DNA of 64,000 nt, taken from positions 3,680 to 67,679 of the forward strand of contig CAVTQE010000021.1 in assembly GCA_963736755.1 (NCBI GenBank), given 5' to 3'. The notes under the pieces were generated by a model. The model worked only from the letters and a program-made list of their open reading frames with translations. It did not search any database and was not told where the DNA came from. Below, piece after piece: positions 49,789 to 59,575 of this stretch. This DNA comes from an uncultured delta proteobacterium. GTDB lineage: Bacteria; Desulfobacterota; WTBG01; JAGOGO01. The translations under genes were made by a program, and so were the position numbers. The first letter of the stretch is position 1, and each line of letters starts with the position of its first letter.

Positions 49789-50706
49789 ATGGATATTAAT
49801 GTTTATCTTAAAGAAATTACTTCGTGGTTGCTTTCTCATGGGGTACGAATTCTTTTAATTATCGTTTTAGCTCTCATTGCCCTTAAGGCGGCGAAGATCT
49901 TGTCACGCCGTTTATTTTCAGTAGTTCAGCGACGCAAAGACGATATTGAATTTCAAAAACGGACTGAAACTCTGGGTTCCGTTATCCGGTATTTTCTTGA
50001 TGTTGTTATCATTATTGTTGCGACTATTATGGTTATGGGGGAGGTGGGAATTGCCATCGGCCCGGTGCTGACCGCGGCTGGGGTTGTTGGTTTGTCGGTT
50101 GGGATTGGCGCCCAAGGTTTGCTCAAAGATATCATCAGTGGTTTTTTTATTCTTTTAGAAGATCAAATTCGGGTGGGCGATGTGATTGAAATTGCGGGGA
50201 AAGATGGGGTGGTGGAAAAGATCAATTTACGGATGACCATACTCCGAGATTTATCGGGCAATGTCCATTACATCCCTAACGGGCAAATTAACCTTGTTAC
50301 CAACAAGACCAAGGATTATTCTTGTTTTCTATTTGAAATCGGCATTGCTTATCGTGAGGATGTTGATGAGGTTTTCGAAGTAATCAAGGGAGTAGATGAA
50401 GTTCTTCGTTCTGATCCTGAATATCACGATGATATTTTCGAACCGATTGAGATTCTGGGATTGGATAAATTCGCGGATTCCTCTGTTATCATTAAGGCGC
50501 GTACCAAAACCAAACCCAGTAAACAATGGCGTGTTGCTCGAGAATTTAACCGACGGCTTAAGATAAAATTTGATGAAAAAAACATAGAGATCCCCTTTCC
50601 CCATCTAACCTTATACCTGGGAAAGGATAAACAGAGCGAGGCGCCTCCTTTGAATGTGGTCATAAAAGCGAAAGACAAACCATCAGATTCCTTAATCCAG
50701 CGATAA
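49789..50706 (+). CDS. small-conductance mechanosensitive channel (MscS family)
   Basis: Three TM segments, then GVVGLSVGIGAQGLLKDIISGFFILLEDQIRVGDVIEI and a beta-domain. Confidence 0.88.
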   Translation: MDINVYLKEITSWLLSHGVRILLIIVLALIALKAAKILSRRLFSVVQRRKDDIEFQKRTETLGSVIRYFLDVVIIIVATIMVMGEVGIAIGPVLTAAGVVGLSVGIGAQGLLKDIISGFFILLEDQIRVGDVIEIAGKDGVVEKINLRMTILRDLSGNVHYIPNGQINLVTNKTKDYSCFLFEIGIAYREDVDEVFEVIKGVDEVLRSDPEYHDDIFEPIEILGLDKFADSSVIIKARTKTKPSKQWRVAREFNRRLKIKFDEKNIEIPFPHLTLYLGKDKQSEAPPLNVVIKAKDKPSDSLIQR

Positions 50707-50770
50707 TTGTCCAAAAGGCAATCACGATGCTGGTTTTATTGTCACCTGAACTGTCTCAGGGTTTAGTAAG

Positions 50771-50791
50771 ATGCTGAAACAAGTTCAGCAT
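50771..50791. repeat. REP-type hairpin
   Basis: ATGCTGAA-ACAAG-TTCAGCAT, an 8-bp stem downstream of the MscS gene. Confidence 0.5.
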
Positions 50792-50926
50792 GACACTTTT
50801 GATCGCTGACTGTAAGGAGGTTTATAGTTTATAAAAAAACTGACCCTTCCTTTTTACGGGAGGGCCAGTAAATAATACTCTTATGTTAACACGTTCACTC
50901 TAAGATTCGTCAAGAGACGGATTGAT

Positions 50927-51844
50927 TTATCCTTTATAAATCCGCAAAGCTTCTTCCACGGTTTTCCCTTCAACCGTAATAGCATAGATGGCATTGCACA
51001 TTTTTATTGCTTCCGGAAGAGATTTTTGGTGGATGTTTCGCCCGGTTGCATTGCCGGATGCACCACTTACCGCAATCTGATCATAGAGTTTTGAAAGGAA
51101 TACTTTGACGTCATCACTCCCCCCTCCAGCGCACACAACTTTTGTGCGTCCGGCAGCCAAAATTGCCTCTTTTAAAATTTCTTTTGATTCGCATCCTTCT
51201 TTTTTGGGATAGTTGATCTTAACAAAATCAGCGCCGAGACAAGCGGCTACTCCCGTAGCACCGGCAATGAGATGGGGATCTTTTTCATCCTTGATCGCTT
51301 TACCGCGCGGATAGATCCATAAAACGGTGATCAAACCATGCTGGTGGGCTTCATAAATAATCTGCGCCGCTTGACGCAACATTTCCGGTTCATATTCGCT
51401 TCCGAGATAGATGGTATACCCAACCCCAAGAATATTGAGGCCGCTGTTTTCTTTAAAATCAATGACTTGCTCCACACTCACCAATTCATTGCTAAAGGGA
51501 TCAGACTGGGCGGTCTTGATCAGGTGGGTTTTGGAATTGAGCTTCACCAGATAAGGCACTTTGGGATAATCCATGCCATAACGTGAAATCAGTCCGAGTT
51601 GGGTTGCGAAAACACCTATCTTTGCTTTACTCGCGATCCGGAACATATGTTCAGGCTCATTGTCATCAGGGTGGATTCCTTCACCATAAAAGTCATCATT
51701 TAAATGTTCAACTTTTTGATCACCAGCAAAAAGCATGAGCCGCCCGCTTTCTCTGGTGATGGTTAAATAATTTTTAACATACTTATCCCTAAGGTTTTTG
51801 GGGACATCTAAGGGAACAACGACGTCTTTGGTTTTAATCTTCAT
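50927..51844 (-). CDS. class I fructose-bisphosphate aldolase (DhnA/FbaB, DeoC-LacD family)
   Basis: RBS AAGGAGGA before ATG at 51844. FAGDQKVEH, YLVKLNSKT, GVGYTIYLGSE, VLWIYPRG, GADFVKINYP (Schiff-base Lys region), GRNIHQ. Confidence 0.8.
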   Translation of the reverse strand: MKIKTKDVVVPLDVPKNLRDKYVKNYLTITRESGRLMLFAGDQKVEHLNDDFYGEGIHPDDNEPEHMFRIASKAKIGVFATQLGLISRYGMDYPKVPYLVKLNSKTHLIKTAQSDPFSNELVSVEQVIDFKENSGLNILGVGYTIYLGSEYEPEMLRQAAQIIYEAHQHGLITVLWIYPRGKAIKDEKDPHLIAGATGVAACLGADFVKINYPKKEGCESKEILKEAILAAGRTKVVCAGGGSDDVKVFLSKLYDQIAVSGASGNATGRNIHQKSLPEAIKMCNAIYAITVEGKTVEEALRIYKG

Positions 51845-51897
51845 TTTATGTCCTCCTTTGTTTATCAAAAAGGTTATTGGATTATAGCGTATTTTTT

Positions 51898-52533
51898 TTA
51901 CTCTTCCGCAGGGTATCTCATCCCATGAGGCATACCGTGACCTCCCATGCCCGGCATTGGCATTTTTTGATAATCCGGAGGGATGAGGAAGCTTGAGTCC
52001 GGAATGGTGCCTTCCTTAATGTTTTGGTATTCTGTGACTACCTCGCCTTGAGGGCCTTGACTTACCATCTTAATCGGAAAGTTTAACTTTTTTGAATACC
52101 ACTGAGTCATGGTGCCTTGATTCTTATCATGAAAGATGACCTGATACGTGTCACAGAGATAGCCGTTGATTGTCTCTGTTCCCAATTGCTTGAGGGTGGC
52201 AATTTTTTCGAGGTCCTCTTTGTTTGAGGAGGGGGGAGAACCCGGTTTATTGGTGGCTGTCATTTCCATATACATTTTTTCTTCTGTCATAAGTATGATC
52301 GTCTTGTTTTCTTCCGGAAGCATAATGTGCACCATTTTATTTCCCGGAGCATTCATCTCCATTCTCATTTTTTTACCCTTAATAAACACCTTCCCGGTTT
52401 GTGTCTGGCCCTGCATCTTCTGAATCATGTCCGCTGAAAACTCAGCCGCCCGACTTGTTAACGCTAATACGAAGACCAGCATAAGAGATGGAGCCAACGG
52501 GATTAAAGATTTCAGCTTTTTTTGTCTTGCCAT
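51898..52533 (-). CDS. DUF4412-like periplasmic protein
   Basis: RBS AAGGAGG before ATG at 52533 and signal peptide MARQKKLKSLIPLAPSLMLVFVLALTSRA. KVFIKGKKMRMEM ... LCDTYQV pattern. The longer track start (52584) lies inside a REP-type repeat. Confidence 0.55.
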   Translation of the reverse strand: MARQKKLKSLIPLAPSLMLVFVLALTSRAAEFSADMIQKMQGQTQTGKVFIKGKKMRMEMNAPGNKMVHIMLPEENKTIILMTEEKMYMEMTATNKPGSPPSSNKEDLEKIATLKQLGTETINGYLCDTYQVIFHDKNQGTMTQWYSKKLNFPIKMVSQGPQGEVVTEYQNIKEGTIPDSSFLIPPDYQKMPMPGMGGHGMPHGMRYPAEE

Positions 52534-52579
52534 AATACCTCCTTGGTGAGTTCGTAAAAAGTCAAAATTCGCGGGTTTT

Positions 52580-52652
52580 GTCATGCTGAGCTTGTCGAAG
52601 CATGACGTAATATCAATTAGTTATGTTCACCCTTCGACAGGCTCAGGGTGAC
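52580..52652. repeat. pair of REP-type hairpins
   Basis: GTCATGCTGAGCTTGTCGAAGCATGAC and GTTCACCCTTCGACAGGCTCAGGGTGAC, each a stem-loop. This palindrome type is widespread in environmental bacteria. Confidence 0.55.
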
Positions 52653-52725
52653 ATCTCCGACTTTTTACGAGTCCATCCTCCTTGATGTTATTTAGTTTTT
52701 ATCGCCGTTGAATTTTAAAAGTCAA

Positions 52726-53015
52726 ACCTTAATTGAGCGAAAACTTTTTCGGGGATCGGTAGCTTCGCACCCTGCAAAACGCCAAAACAGGGTTGCCCCC
52801 CAAATTGTATAAACCCCCTCTTCCCCCTTTATCAAAGGGGGAAGAAAGATTAGTCCTCCCCTTTAGTAAAGGGGAGTTAGAGCCTGCCCTGGTGCGACTT
52901 GGCCGGCATAATTCCGCATCCTAACAAAGTAGCTCTATTTGGCCGGCTAACCTTGCGCATCTGTAAGCCAGGTCTGGGCCAGGGGGGTTTGTCGAACAAT
53001 TCTTCGCTCATTTAA
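52726..53015. mobile_element. MITE-like element X3 (GTCAA target duplication, about 110 nt extra internal segment)
   Basis: Ends ACCTTAATTGAGCGAAAA ... TTCGCTCATTTAAA, with GTCAA on both sides. The interior is colinear with X2 plus an extra block at about 52880-52990. Confidence 0.6.
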
Positions 53016-53017
53016 AG

Positions 53018-53731
53018 TCAATCATTCCGTGTTTTGCCGCGTCTTTTAGTATAAGGCCGTTCCCTGAGAAGCACATAGGTTGCTCCGGCTCCTCCGTCAC
53101 AAGTCCTCGCGCTGGTAAAGGCCACAATCCATTTTCGCCAAGATCCCCGAGTAAGCCATCCTCTTACTTTTGTCTTGAGAACAGGCTCTTCCGGAGAGGA
53201 AAGGCCCCGGCCATGCACAATTAAAACTGTTTTTTTGCCGGTTCGGATTGCCTCTTTTAAAAAATTATCAAAAACCTCCTTTGCTTTTTCAACGTTAAAT
53301 CCATGAAGGTCAAGGTGGGCATCAAGAGCAAAATCACCGCGGTGAAGACGCTCGGCAATTTCCGGTTTAACATTATACCCGATTCCCTCTATATATTCTG
53401 GGGTTTGTGCGACAACAAAACCCTCGCCTTTTTCAACCAGCTTTGAGAGTTGGTTGATGACCTCAGCAGTGGGATCATCAATAACAGGAATAGCAGCAGC
53501 GGGTCCATTGATGATAAGGTTTTTCTCGTTATAGGTATCTCCCGACAGAGGCTTAACATCAGCCATGGCTTCTTGAAAAAGTTTTTGCTCGTTCTCCGGG
53601 TTTTGGTGATTATCTGTTTTGTTGTTGGTCTTAACCGGGGGGCACGAGGGAAGCGAGAAAGACCGCTTTTTCTGAATGACTTTCAAGTCTTTTAAAGAAT
53701 GCAAGATAAGGGAAGATTTTGTTGGTTTCAT
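53018..53731 (-). CDS. Smr (MutS2 C-terminal-like) domain protein
   Basis: LDLHGFNVEKAKEVFDNFL ... VLIVHGRGLSS ... LKTKVRGWL is the Smr signature. Confidence 0.8.
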   Translation of the reverse strand: MKPTKSSLILHSLKDLKVIQKKRSFSLPSCPPVKTNNKTDNHQNPENEQKLFQEAMADVKPLSGDTYNEKNLIINGPAAAIPVIDDPTAEVINQLSKLVEKGEGFVVAQTPEYIEGIGYNVKPEIAERLHRGDFALDAHLDLHGFNVEKAKEVFDNFLKEAIRTGKKTVLIVHGRGLSSPEEPVLKTKVRGWLTRGSWRKWIVAFTSARTCDGGAGATYVLLRERPYTKRRGKTRND

Positions 53732-54750
53732 GATGTCGGTTTAGAAATGGTAAAGGTATCGGCAAGCTGCCAACTATCTGTATCGTTCTCTAATTTGATC
53801 ATTTCAAAATGAACTTTTGTCTCCGAGATGGTAATTTTACAATAATGAAACGTATCTCCTGGTTGATTATAAAAGTCCTCTGGCGCTCGCTTAACAGGGC
53901 TTTGTTCCGTCCCGCCTCCACCGGATACGATGTAATGGATGCCATTATAATTGTAACGTTCATAGTTATGCTGGTGGCCGGAAAAAACAATATCCGGTTT
54001 AACCGGCCCTTTTTCAAAAATTTGCGCTAAAGACTTTTCAGCGTCACGGTTATGATACCCCTTGCTATAGGGGGGGTGATGGAAAGCGACAAATAAAAAT
54101 CGGGATGCATTTTTTTTCAGCATACCCATCAACCACCTATGCTGTTCACTTCCCGGTGAGTAATCAGTATTCGTATCCAGAATTAAAAATAGGCTGTTAC
54201 CGAAGGTAAAAGAATACCACCGTTTATTTTTTAGGAATTTAAACCTGTCAAAATAATATTGAAGCTGTTTTTCCGGGTTGGGTGGATACCATTCCTTTTG
54301 ACTCCGGTACTCATGATTACCGAGGACAGGGAACAGGGGAATACCACTCTTGATAATGTTCCCATCTGAAAAATCAAAGTTCTCCCACTGATGGGGATCA
54401 CCACAATAAACCATATCCCCCAGGTGGATAACGAAGGAGGGTTTTTCAGTGATAACGTTAGAAATTAAAGCTGTTTTTTCGTAAAAAGCTAATTCCCGTG
54501 AATCACCATAGACTACAAAAGAATAGGGATAAGTTAATTCTTTTGCTTCAAAGATCGGTACATTATCCTGTAGGGGGGCAGGATAAAAGTGGGTTTGTTC
54601 AAAAAGATTAAGAAGGTGGATTGCTCCAGGGATTTTTTGATACTGATTGTGTTTATATGCTATGCCTCCTGCCAAAAAAGCCCCCACGGCTATGATCATA
54701 AGTCCTATAGTAACGACTACCTTTTTAAAAAACCTTTTCATATCATTCAC
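53728..54750 (-). CDS. calcineurin-like metallophosphoesterase with N-terminal membrane anchor
   Basis: YGDSRE, HLGDMVY, LGNHEY, FHHPPYS and SGHQHNYER motifs. ATGA overlap with the downstream Smr gene. Confidence 0.8.
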   Translation of the reverse strand: MNDMKRFFKKVVVTIGLMIIAVGAFLAGGIAYKHNQYQKIPGAIHLLNLFEQTHFYPAPLQDNVPIFEAKELTYPYSFVVYGDSRELAFYEKTALISNVITEKPSFVIHLGDMVYCGDPHQWENFDFSDGNIIKSGIPLFPVLGNHEYRSQKEWYPPNPEKQLQYYFDRFKFLKNKRWYSFTFGNSLFLILDTNTDYSPGSEQHRWLMGMLKKNASRFLFVAFHHPPYSKGYHNRDAEKSLAQIFEKGPVKPDIVFSGHQHNYERYNYNGIHYIVSGGGGTEQSPVKRAPEDFYNQPGDTFHYCKITISETKVHFEMIKLENDTDSWQLADTFTISKPTS

Positions 54751-54814
54751 CGTTACAATCAGTTATGCAATGCGGCCCATTAAAGCGCATCCTTTGTTTT
54801 GTGTTTTTTGCTTT

Positions 54815-54947
54815 ACCCCGTTAGAAATGCCCGCTTGCCTCGTTAGATATTGAATATCTAACGGGGTGAAGAAGCAGGGGTAAAATTAAAGATTCTTACA
54901 CTTTTTCAACGGGGTAAATCCCCCGTGTGAAAGCCTTCTAACGGGGT
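54815..54947 (+). repeat. dispersed structured repeat Y, copy B (longest)
   Basis: ACCCCGTTAGAAATGCC, near-palindrome CGTTAGATATTGAATATCTAACG, GGGGTGAAGAAGCAGGGGTAAAA, ATTCTTACACTTTTTCAACGGGGTAAATCCCCCGTGTGAAAGCCTTCTAACGGGGT. Confidence 0.75.
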
Positions 54948-55545
54948 TTCCCAATTTTTAAATGGGATCAGAAAAGTACTGCCCCCCCACAATAAGCATA
55001 GTGGGAAGCTGACTCAGTTGCTATTAATTTTACCTTAAGCCTAAAATTTTGCCAGTTCTTTTTGGAGGAAAATGAGCAGATTATTTTCTCATATGCCATA
55101 AGGAATAATTAACATTTTCGCGTTACCCGTGATTATTTTCGGCTGCTGGGGTGCTACCTTTTTATCAAATGGAGATTAAGGAACATAAATCCAAAATTTT
55201 TTGAAGTCGAACAGTTTCCGGCTTGTTAATCCCTTGAGCACTAAAAAACATTCATGGGAGTTTTTTTTGCCAGTCTATTGTTCAAAACCTATACAGTAAA
55301 AAATTATACCAGATTCGACAGATAAAAAAAGATGATGAATTTTTATGATTACAGTAAAAAGTTGATTATAAAGGCTTTGGAAACCCGGCCAGCCGGTTAT
55401 GATAATGCGGCAGTCATTTTTGCACGCCAGGCACATTTTTTATTTTGAAAAAGAACGAGTATATTATTAAAAGGGGTCATGATTTTCTAAAATAAGCATG
55501 AAACGTTTTGATAGTGATGACTATTAAAAATTAAGGAGCATTATC

Positions 55546-56628
55546 ATGGCAAAGATTAAAATAGTGATGGAACTATTCTCCGTGACTCTGTTTATTTTTT
55601 TGATTTTGTCCACTATCGTTAGCGCCCAGCAAAAGTCTGCAACAGCGACCTTTGCCGGTGGATGTTTTTGGTGTATGGAGAAACCATTTGAGCAATTAAA
55701 CGGCGTCATCGAGGTGGTTTCTGGTTATACGGGCGGCTCTGGTCAAAATCCAATTTATGAGGATTATGCGGAAAAAGGCCACAGTGAGGCAGTCCAGATC
55801 ACCTATGATCCCTCTAAAGTAACTTATTCTGATCTTTTGACTATATTCTGGAGAGAAATAGATCCTACTGACGCGGGGGGACAATTCAATGATCGGGGCA
55901 CGCAGTACCGGTCAGCCATTTTCTATCACAATGAAGAACAAGAAAGCCTGGCGCAACAGTCAAAGGAGGAACTCGGAAAATCCGGGAGGTTTGACAAACC
56001 CATTGTCACAGAAATCATAAAAGCCTCAATTTTTTATAAAGCCGAGGCTTATCACCAGTGTTACTACCGAAAGAATCCAATACCCTATGAATTCTACCGG
56101 GTTAATTCTGGCCGTGAAGAGTATTTAAAAAAGAGATGGAATAATAATGAGAAACCACAAGACCCGGCAGAGACCAATTCAGAATCCCAAAAATCCGGCA
56201 AGGAAGAGCTGAAAAAAAAGTTAACGCCTCTGCAGTACGAAGTCACCCAGGAATGCGGTACTGAGCTGGCCTTTGACAATGCCTATTGGGATAATAAAAA
56301 GGAAGGCATTTATGTCGACATTGTTTCCGGTGAGCCGCTTTTCAGTTCTATTGACAAATATGATTCCGGAACCGGCTGGCCCAGTTTTACCCGTCCGCTT
56401 GAGCCCAAAAACATTGTGACCAAACTTGACACGAGTTTATTTATGACCCGGACTGCTGTCCGAAGCGCTCAGGCTGATTCCCATCTGGGCCATGTTTTTG
56501 ATGACGGGCCTGCGCCGACGGGATTACGTTACTGTTTGAATTCAGCGGCCCTGCGTTTCATTCCCAAGGAAGATTTGGAAAAAGAAGGGTATGGGGAATA
56601 CCTGAAGCTTTTTACAAAAAAACCATAA
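55546..56628 (+). CDS. msrAB: bifunctional methionine sulfoxide reductase MsrA/MsrB with signal peptide
   Basis: Msr[11 protein letters not shown]. Msr[53 protein letters not shown]. Confidence 0.92.
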   Translation: MAKIKIVMELFSVTLFIFLILSTIVSAQQKSATATFAGGCFWCMEKPFEQLNGVIEVVSGYTGGSGQNPIYEDYAEKGHSEAVQITYDPSKVTYSDLLTIFWREIDPTDAGGQFNDRGTQYRSAIFYHNEEQESLAQQSKEELGKSGRFDKPIVTEIIKASIFYKAEAYHQCYYRKNPIPYEFYRVNSGREEYLKKRWNNNEKPQDPAETNSESQKSGKEELKKKLTPLQYEVTQECGTELAFDNAYWDNKKEGIYVDIVSGEPLFSSIDKYDSGTGWPSFTRPLEPKNIVTKLDTSLFMTRTAVRSAQADSHLGHVFDDGPAPTGLRYCLNSAALRFIPKEDLEKEGYGEYLKLFTKKP

Positions 56629-56883
56629 AAACCGTAAGCGGGTTTCATGCTCTAATAAATCTAATAAAAAGGGTTTCAATTCGAAGCCCTTTTTTATTGG
56701 AGGGGAGAGTGAGAAGCCATTCTCTTTTAAAGGAATAACTTTTTTGTTGACAATATTTCTTGTAAACTAATTGAGAGATCTTACGTCCTAATAACCAGAG
56801 TTAATGATATTGATCGCCTGATAATGGCAGATTCAAAAAATTAGTTAAAAGATTAATATAATCCTATGCAGGGAGATTAAAAT

Positions 56884-58481
56884 ATGCAAAAAAAACAAAT
56901 TGTTCTAAGAATATTTCTGGTGTTCCTCAGTATCATTATTGCGGCACCTCTTAATATTTTTGGGTATGAGGTGGTGAGTACACCCACCCAAGACAGATTT
57001 TCCAAAGAAGAGCTGGATCAAATGCTTGCGCCCATCGCCCTTTACCCGGATACGCTTCTTGCCCAGATGCTGATGGCTGCCACATACCCGCTTGAAGTAG
57101 TGGAGGCAGCCCGCTGGGTCGGGAAAAATCCGAATCTTAAAGGTGAGTTATTAGATCAAGCCTTACAAGATAAGGATTGGGATGTGAGTGTAAAGTCACT
57201 GGCTCATTTTCCCGACGTTTTAGCCATGATGGACGAAAAGATCGAGTGGACCACCCGGGTGGGTGATGCTTTTCTCGCCCAAAAGGATGATGTTATGGAT
57301 ACGATCCAGGACCTGCGAGCCAAGGCTGAGGCTGCGGGAAACCTCACGATCCACCAGAGAGCAGAAAGTGGTTGATCGAGCAAGGGGAGATCGAGATTGA
57401 GCCTGCTGATCCAGGAGTGATTTACGTGCCTGTTTATGATCCCTTCTGGGTTTATGGCCCCTGGTGGTATCCTGCTTACCCTCCTTACGTTTTCTATTAT
57501 CCCGGGGTTGCGATTACCAGCGGATTTTTCGGATTTGCCTTTGGGTTTGCGGCGGGATTTGGCTTTGGCTGGTGTGACTGGGACTGGCACCACCATGACA
57601 TTCGTATTGATTATGGTCGTATCGGTCATTTTCATCGATTTGACCACAATCGGTTCCATGGTCGGGAAAGGTGGGAGCATAATCCTGGACATCGACGAGG
57701 GGTTGCCTATTGGGATCGAGACACCAGTCACCGCTTTGGGCAGTCTCCCGAGCGTTCGATTCAAAATAGGCGCGAAGTGCGGGGATATGCTGACGAAAGT
57801 CCTAACCGGCAAAATATGTTTAACCAGGACAGACAGGAAATTAATCGAGGAGATTTTCATTCTCGAGAAGGAGTGCGAGACAATCAATCCGGTTTGCGGG
57901 AAAGGTCAGAAAGAAACGATGGTGTGGTTCGAGAGCGTCGCGAGATGGGTGGCACCGGCTCAACCCAAGGCATGCAAGGGGGGCATGAAAAAAATATGTT
58001 TAACCATAACAGACAGGAAATTAACCGAGGAGATTCTCAAGGACTGCGAGGCAATGAATCCGGTTCTCGGGAAAGGTCAGAAAGAAACGATCGTGTGGTT
58101 CGAGAGCGGAACGAAGTGAGCGGCCTCAACTCAACTCAAGGCATTCAAAGACGGCGCGAAGAAAGTGGTATTCGCTCACGTCAAGGCGTTCGAGAGCAGC
58201 ACCCGAGTGCTTTAAGCGGGTTTGGTGATGGAAAGAACACGCGTATCGAGAGTAATCGGGGCCAGTTCAGCCGTGAAAGCTCGAGGGGAGGATTCCGGAA
58301 TGGTGGCGGCCGTGGTTCCGTGGGTAGTGTGGATTCCCATGGTAGTGGTGGCGGGGGTTCCCATGGTGGCGGTGGTGGTTCGCATAGCGGAGGTGGCTTG
58401 GTGGGGGAGATTCCCGTGGTGGGGGAGGACGAGGAAGGTAAATATCTAATTTTTAGATTGAGCAACAAGGCAACTACCTAA
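56884..58481 (+). pseudogene. DUF3300 domain protein with long low-complexity tail, apparent frameshift(s) at 57341-57380
   Basis: Signal peptide, then LAPIALYPDTLLAQMLMAATYPLEVVEAARW (DUF3300). The frame stops at 57375, and the family-typical continuation EQKVV / IEQGEIEIEPADPGVIYVPVYDP lies in the other two frames. The tail is rich in R, E, N and G. Confidence 0.72.
57811..58165. repeat. coding tandem duplication, 180-nt period (two copies) in the DUF3300 tail
   Basis: AAAATATGTTTAACCAGGACAGACAGGAAATTAATCGAGGAGAT at 57811 and AAAATATGTTTAACCATAACAGACAGGAAATTAACCGAGGAGAT at 57991. The encoded sequences NMFNQDRQEINRGD...RERSERNDGVVRER and NMFNHNRQEINRGD...RERSERNDRVVRER repeat. Confidence 0.85.
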
Positions 58482-58495
58482 CGGAGGATAAAACA

Positions 58496-59479
58496 ATGGT
58501 TCATTATGTGGTTAAGAGATTACCGAGCCTGATAATCCGCTTTGGTTTGGCAGTGTTTCTGGGGATGATGAGCGTTATGGTTATTTTTAGCGCCTCATGC
58601 ACTCAAAGAACTCTGGGGAAAAGCTTCGCCTCACCCGATGAAGCCGTAACCGCTCTTATTGATGCGCTCAAGCGAAATAATGACCAGCAGTTGATTGTCA
58701 TTTTGGGTCCAGAAGGGAAAAAGCTTATTTATTCAGGGGATGAGGTTGCTGATCAGGCGGACCGGGCATGTTTTATCAGGAAATTTGAAGAAAAGCACCG
58801 CCTGGATCAAAAAAATCCAACAACCAGCATCCTCTATGTAGGAGAGGAGGATTGGCCTCTTCCCATCCCAATGCTAAAAACCAGTTCAGGCTGGTATTTT
58901 GATACTGCTCAAGGAAAAGAAGAGATTTTGAACCGAAGGATTGGTAAAAACGAATTAAATGTAATTAAAGTGATGGAGGCCTATATTGATGCCCAACGTG
59001 AATATGTTCGTAAGGACTGGAACGCTAATGGGGTTATGGAGTTTGCTCAACGGCTGGTAAGCACCGAAGGAAAGAAAGATGGGCTTTACTGGCCAGTGAA
59101 AGAAGGCGATAAACCAAGTCCCTTTGGTCCTTTGATTGCCCAGGCAGTCAATGAGGGATATAAAAAGGAAGACAAGGCGCTTAATCCTTACCATGGGTAT
59201 TACTACAAGATACTTCATGGCCAGGGGAAAAATACAACTGGTGGGGAGTATGGTTATGTGGAGAAGAATAAAATGGTCCTTGGTTTTGGTCTTGTCGCCT
59301 ACCCGGCTGAGTATGGAAATTCTGGAATAATGACCTTTATCGTGAACCAGCAGGATAGTATTTATGAAAAAGACTTAGGTCAGGATACGGTAAAAATAGT
59401 CAATGCCATGGAAAAATATGACCCTGACCAAACCTGGAAGAAAGTGGCAAAAAGAGTTTTTGCCCGCTTCATAGCATAA
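58496..59479 (+). CDS. DUF2950 family protein
   Basis: FASPDEAVTALIDALK, DWPLPIPM, GKEEILNRRIGKNELNVIKVMEAYIDAQREY, GLYWP, PYHGYYYKIL, LVAYPAEYGNSGIMTFIVN. Confidence 0.78.
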   Translation: MVHYVVKRLPSLIIRFGLAVFLGMMSVMVIFSASCTQRTLGKSFASPDEAVTALIDALKRNNDQQLIVILGPEGKKLIYSGDEVADQADRACFIRKFEEKHRLDQKNPTTSILYVGEEDWPLPIPMLKTSSGWYFDTAQGKEEILNRRIGKNELNVIKVMEAYIDAQREYVRKDWNANGVMEFAQRLVSTEGKKDGLYWPVKEGDKPSPFGPLIAQAVNEGYKKEDKALNPYHGYYYKILHGQGKNTTGGEYGYVEKNKMVLGFGLVAYPAEYGNSGIMTFIVNQQDSIYEKDLGQDTVKIVNAMEKYDPDQTWKKVAKRVFARFIA

Positions 59480-59575
59480 AACAAAAGCAGTTTTGTGATA
59501 GTAATTTTAATATCTCTTTGCTCAACCCAACAAGACAGTCCATAAGCCGCAATGGGTGAAGGGCAAACGGTGTTA

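Noticed and set aside
57204-58119. 227-aa ORFs on both strands inside the DUF3300 tail (57204..57887 - and 57436..58119 +)
   Set aside because: They are alternative frames of a low-complexity repeat region. The frame 57372..58481 carries the family-typical motif EIEPADPGVIYVPVYDP.
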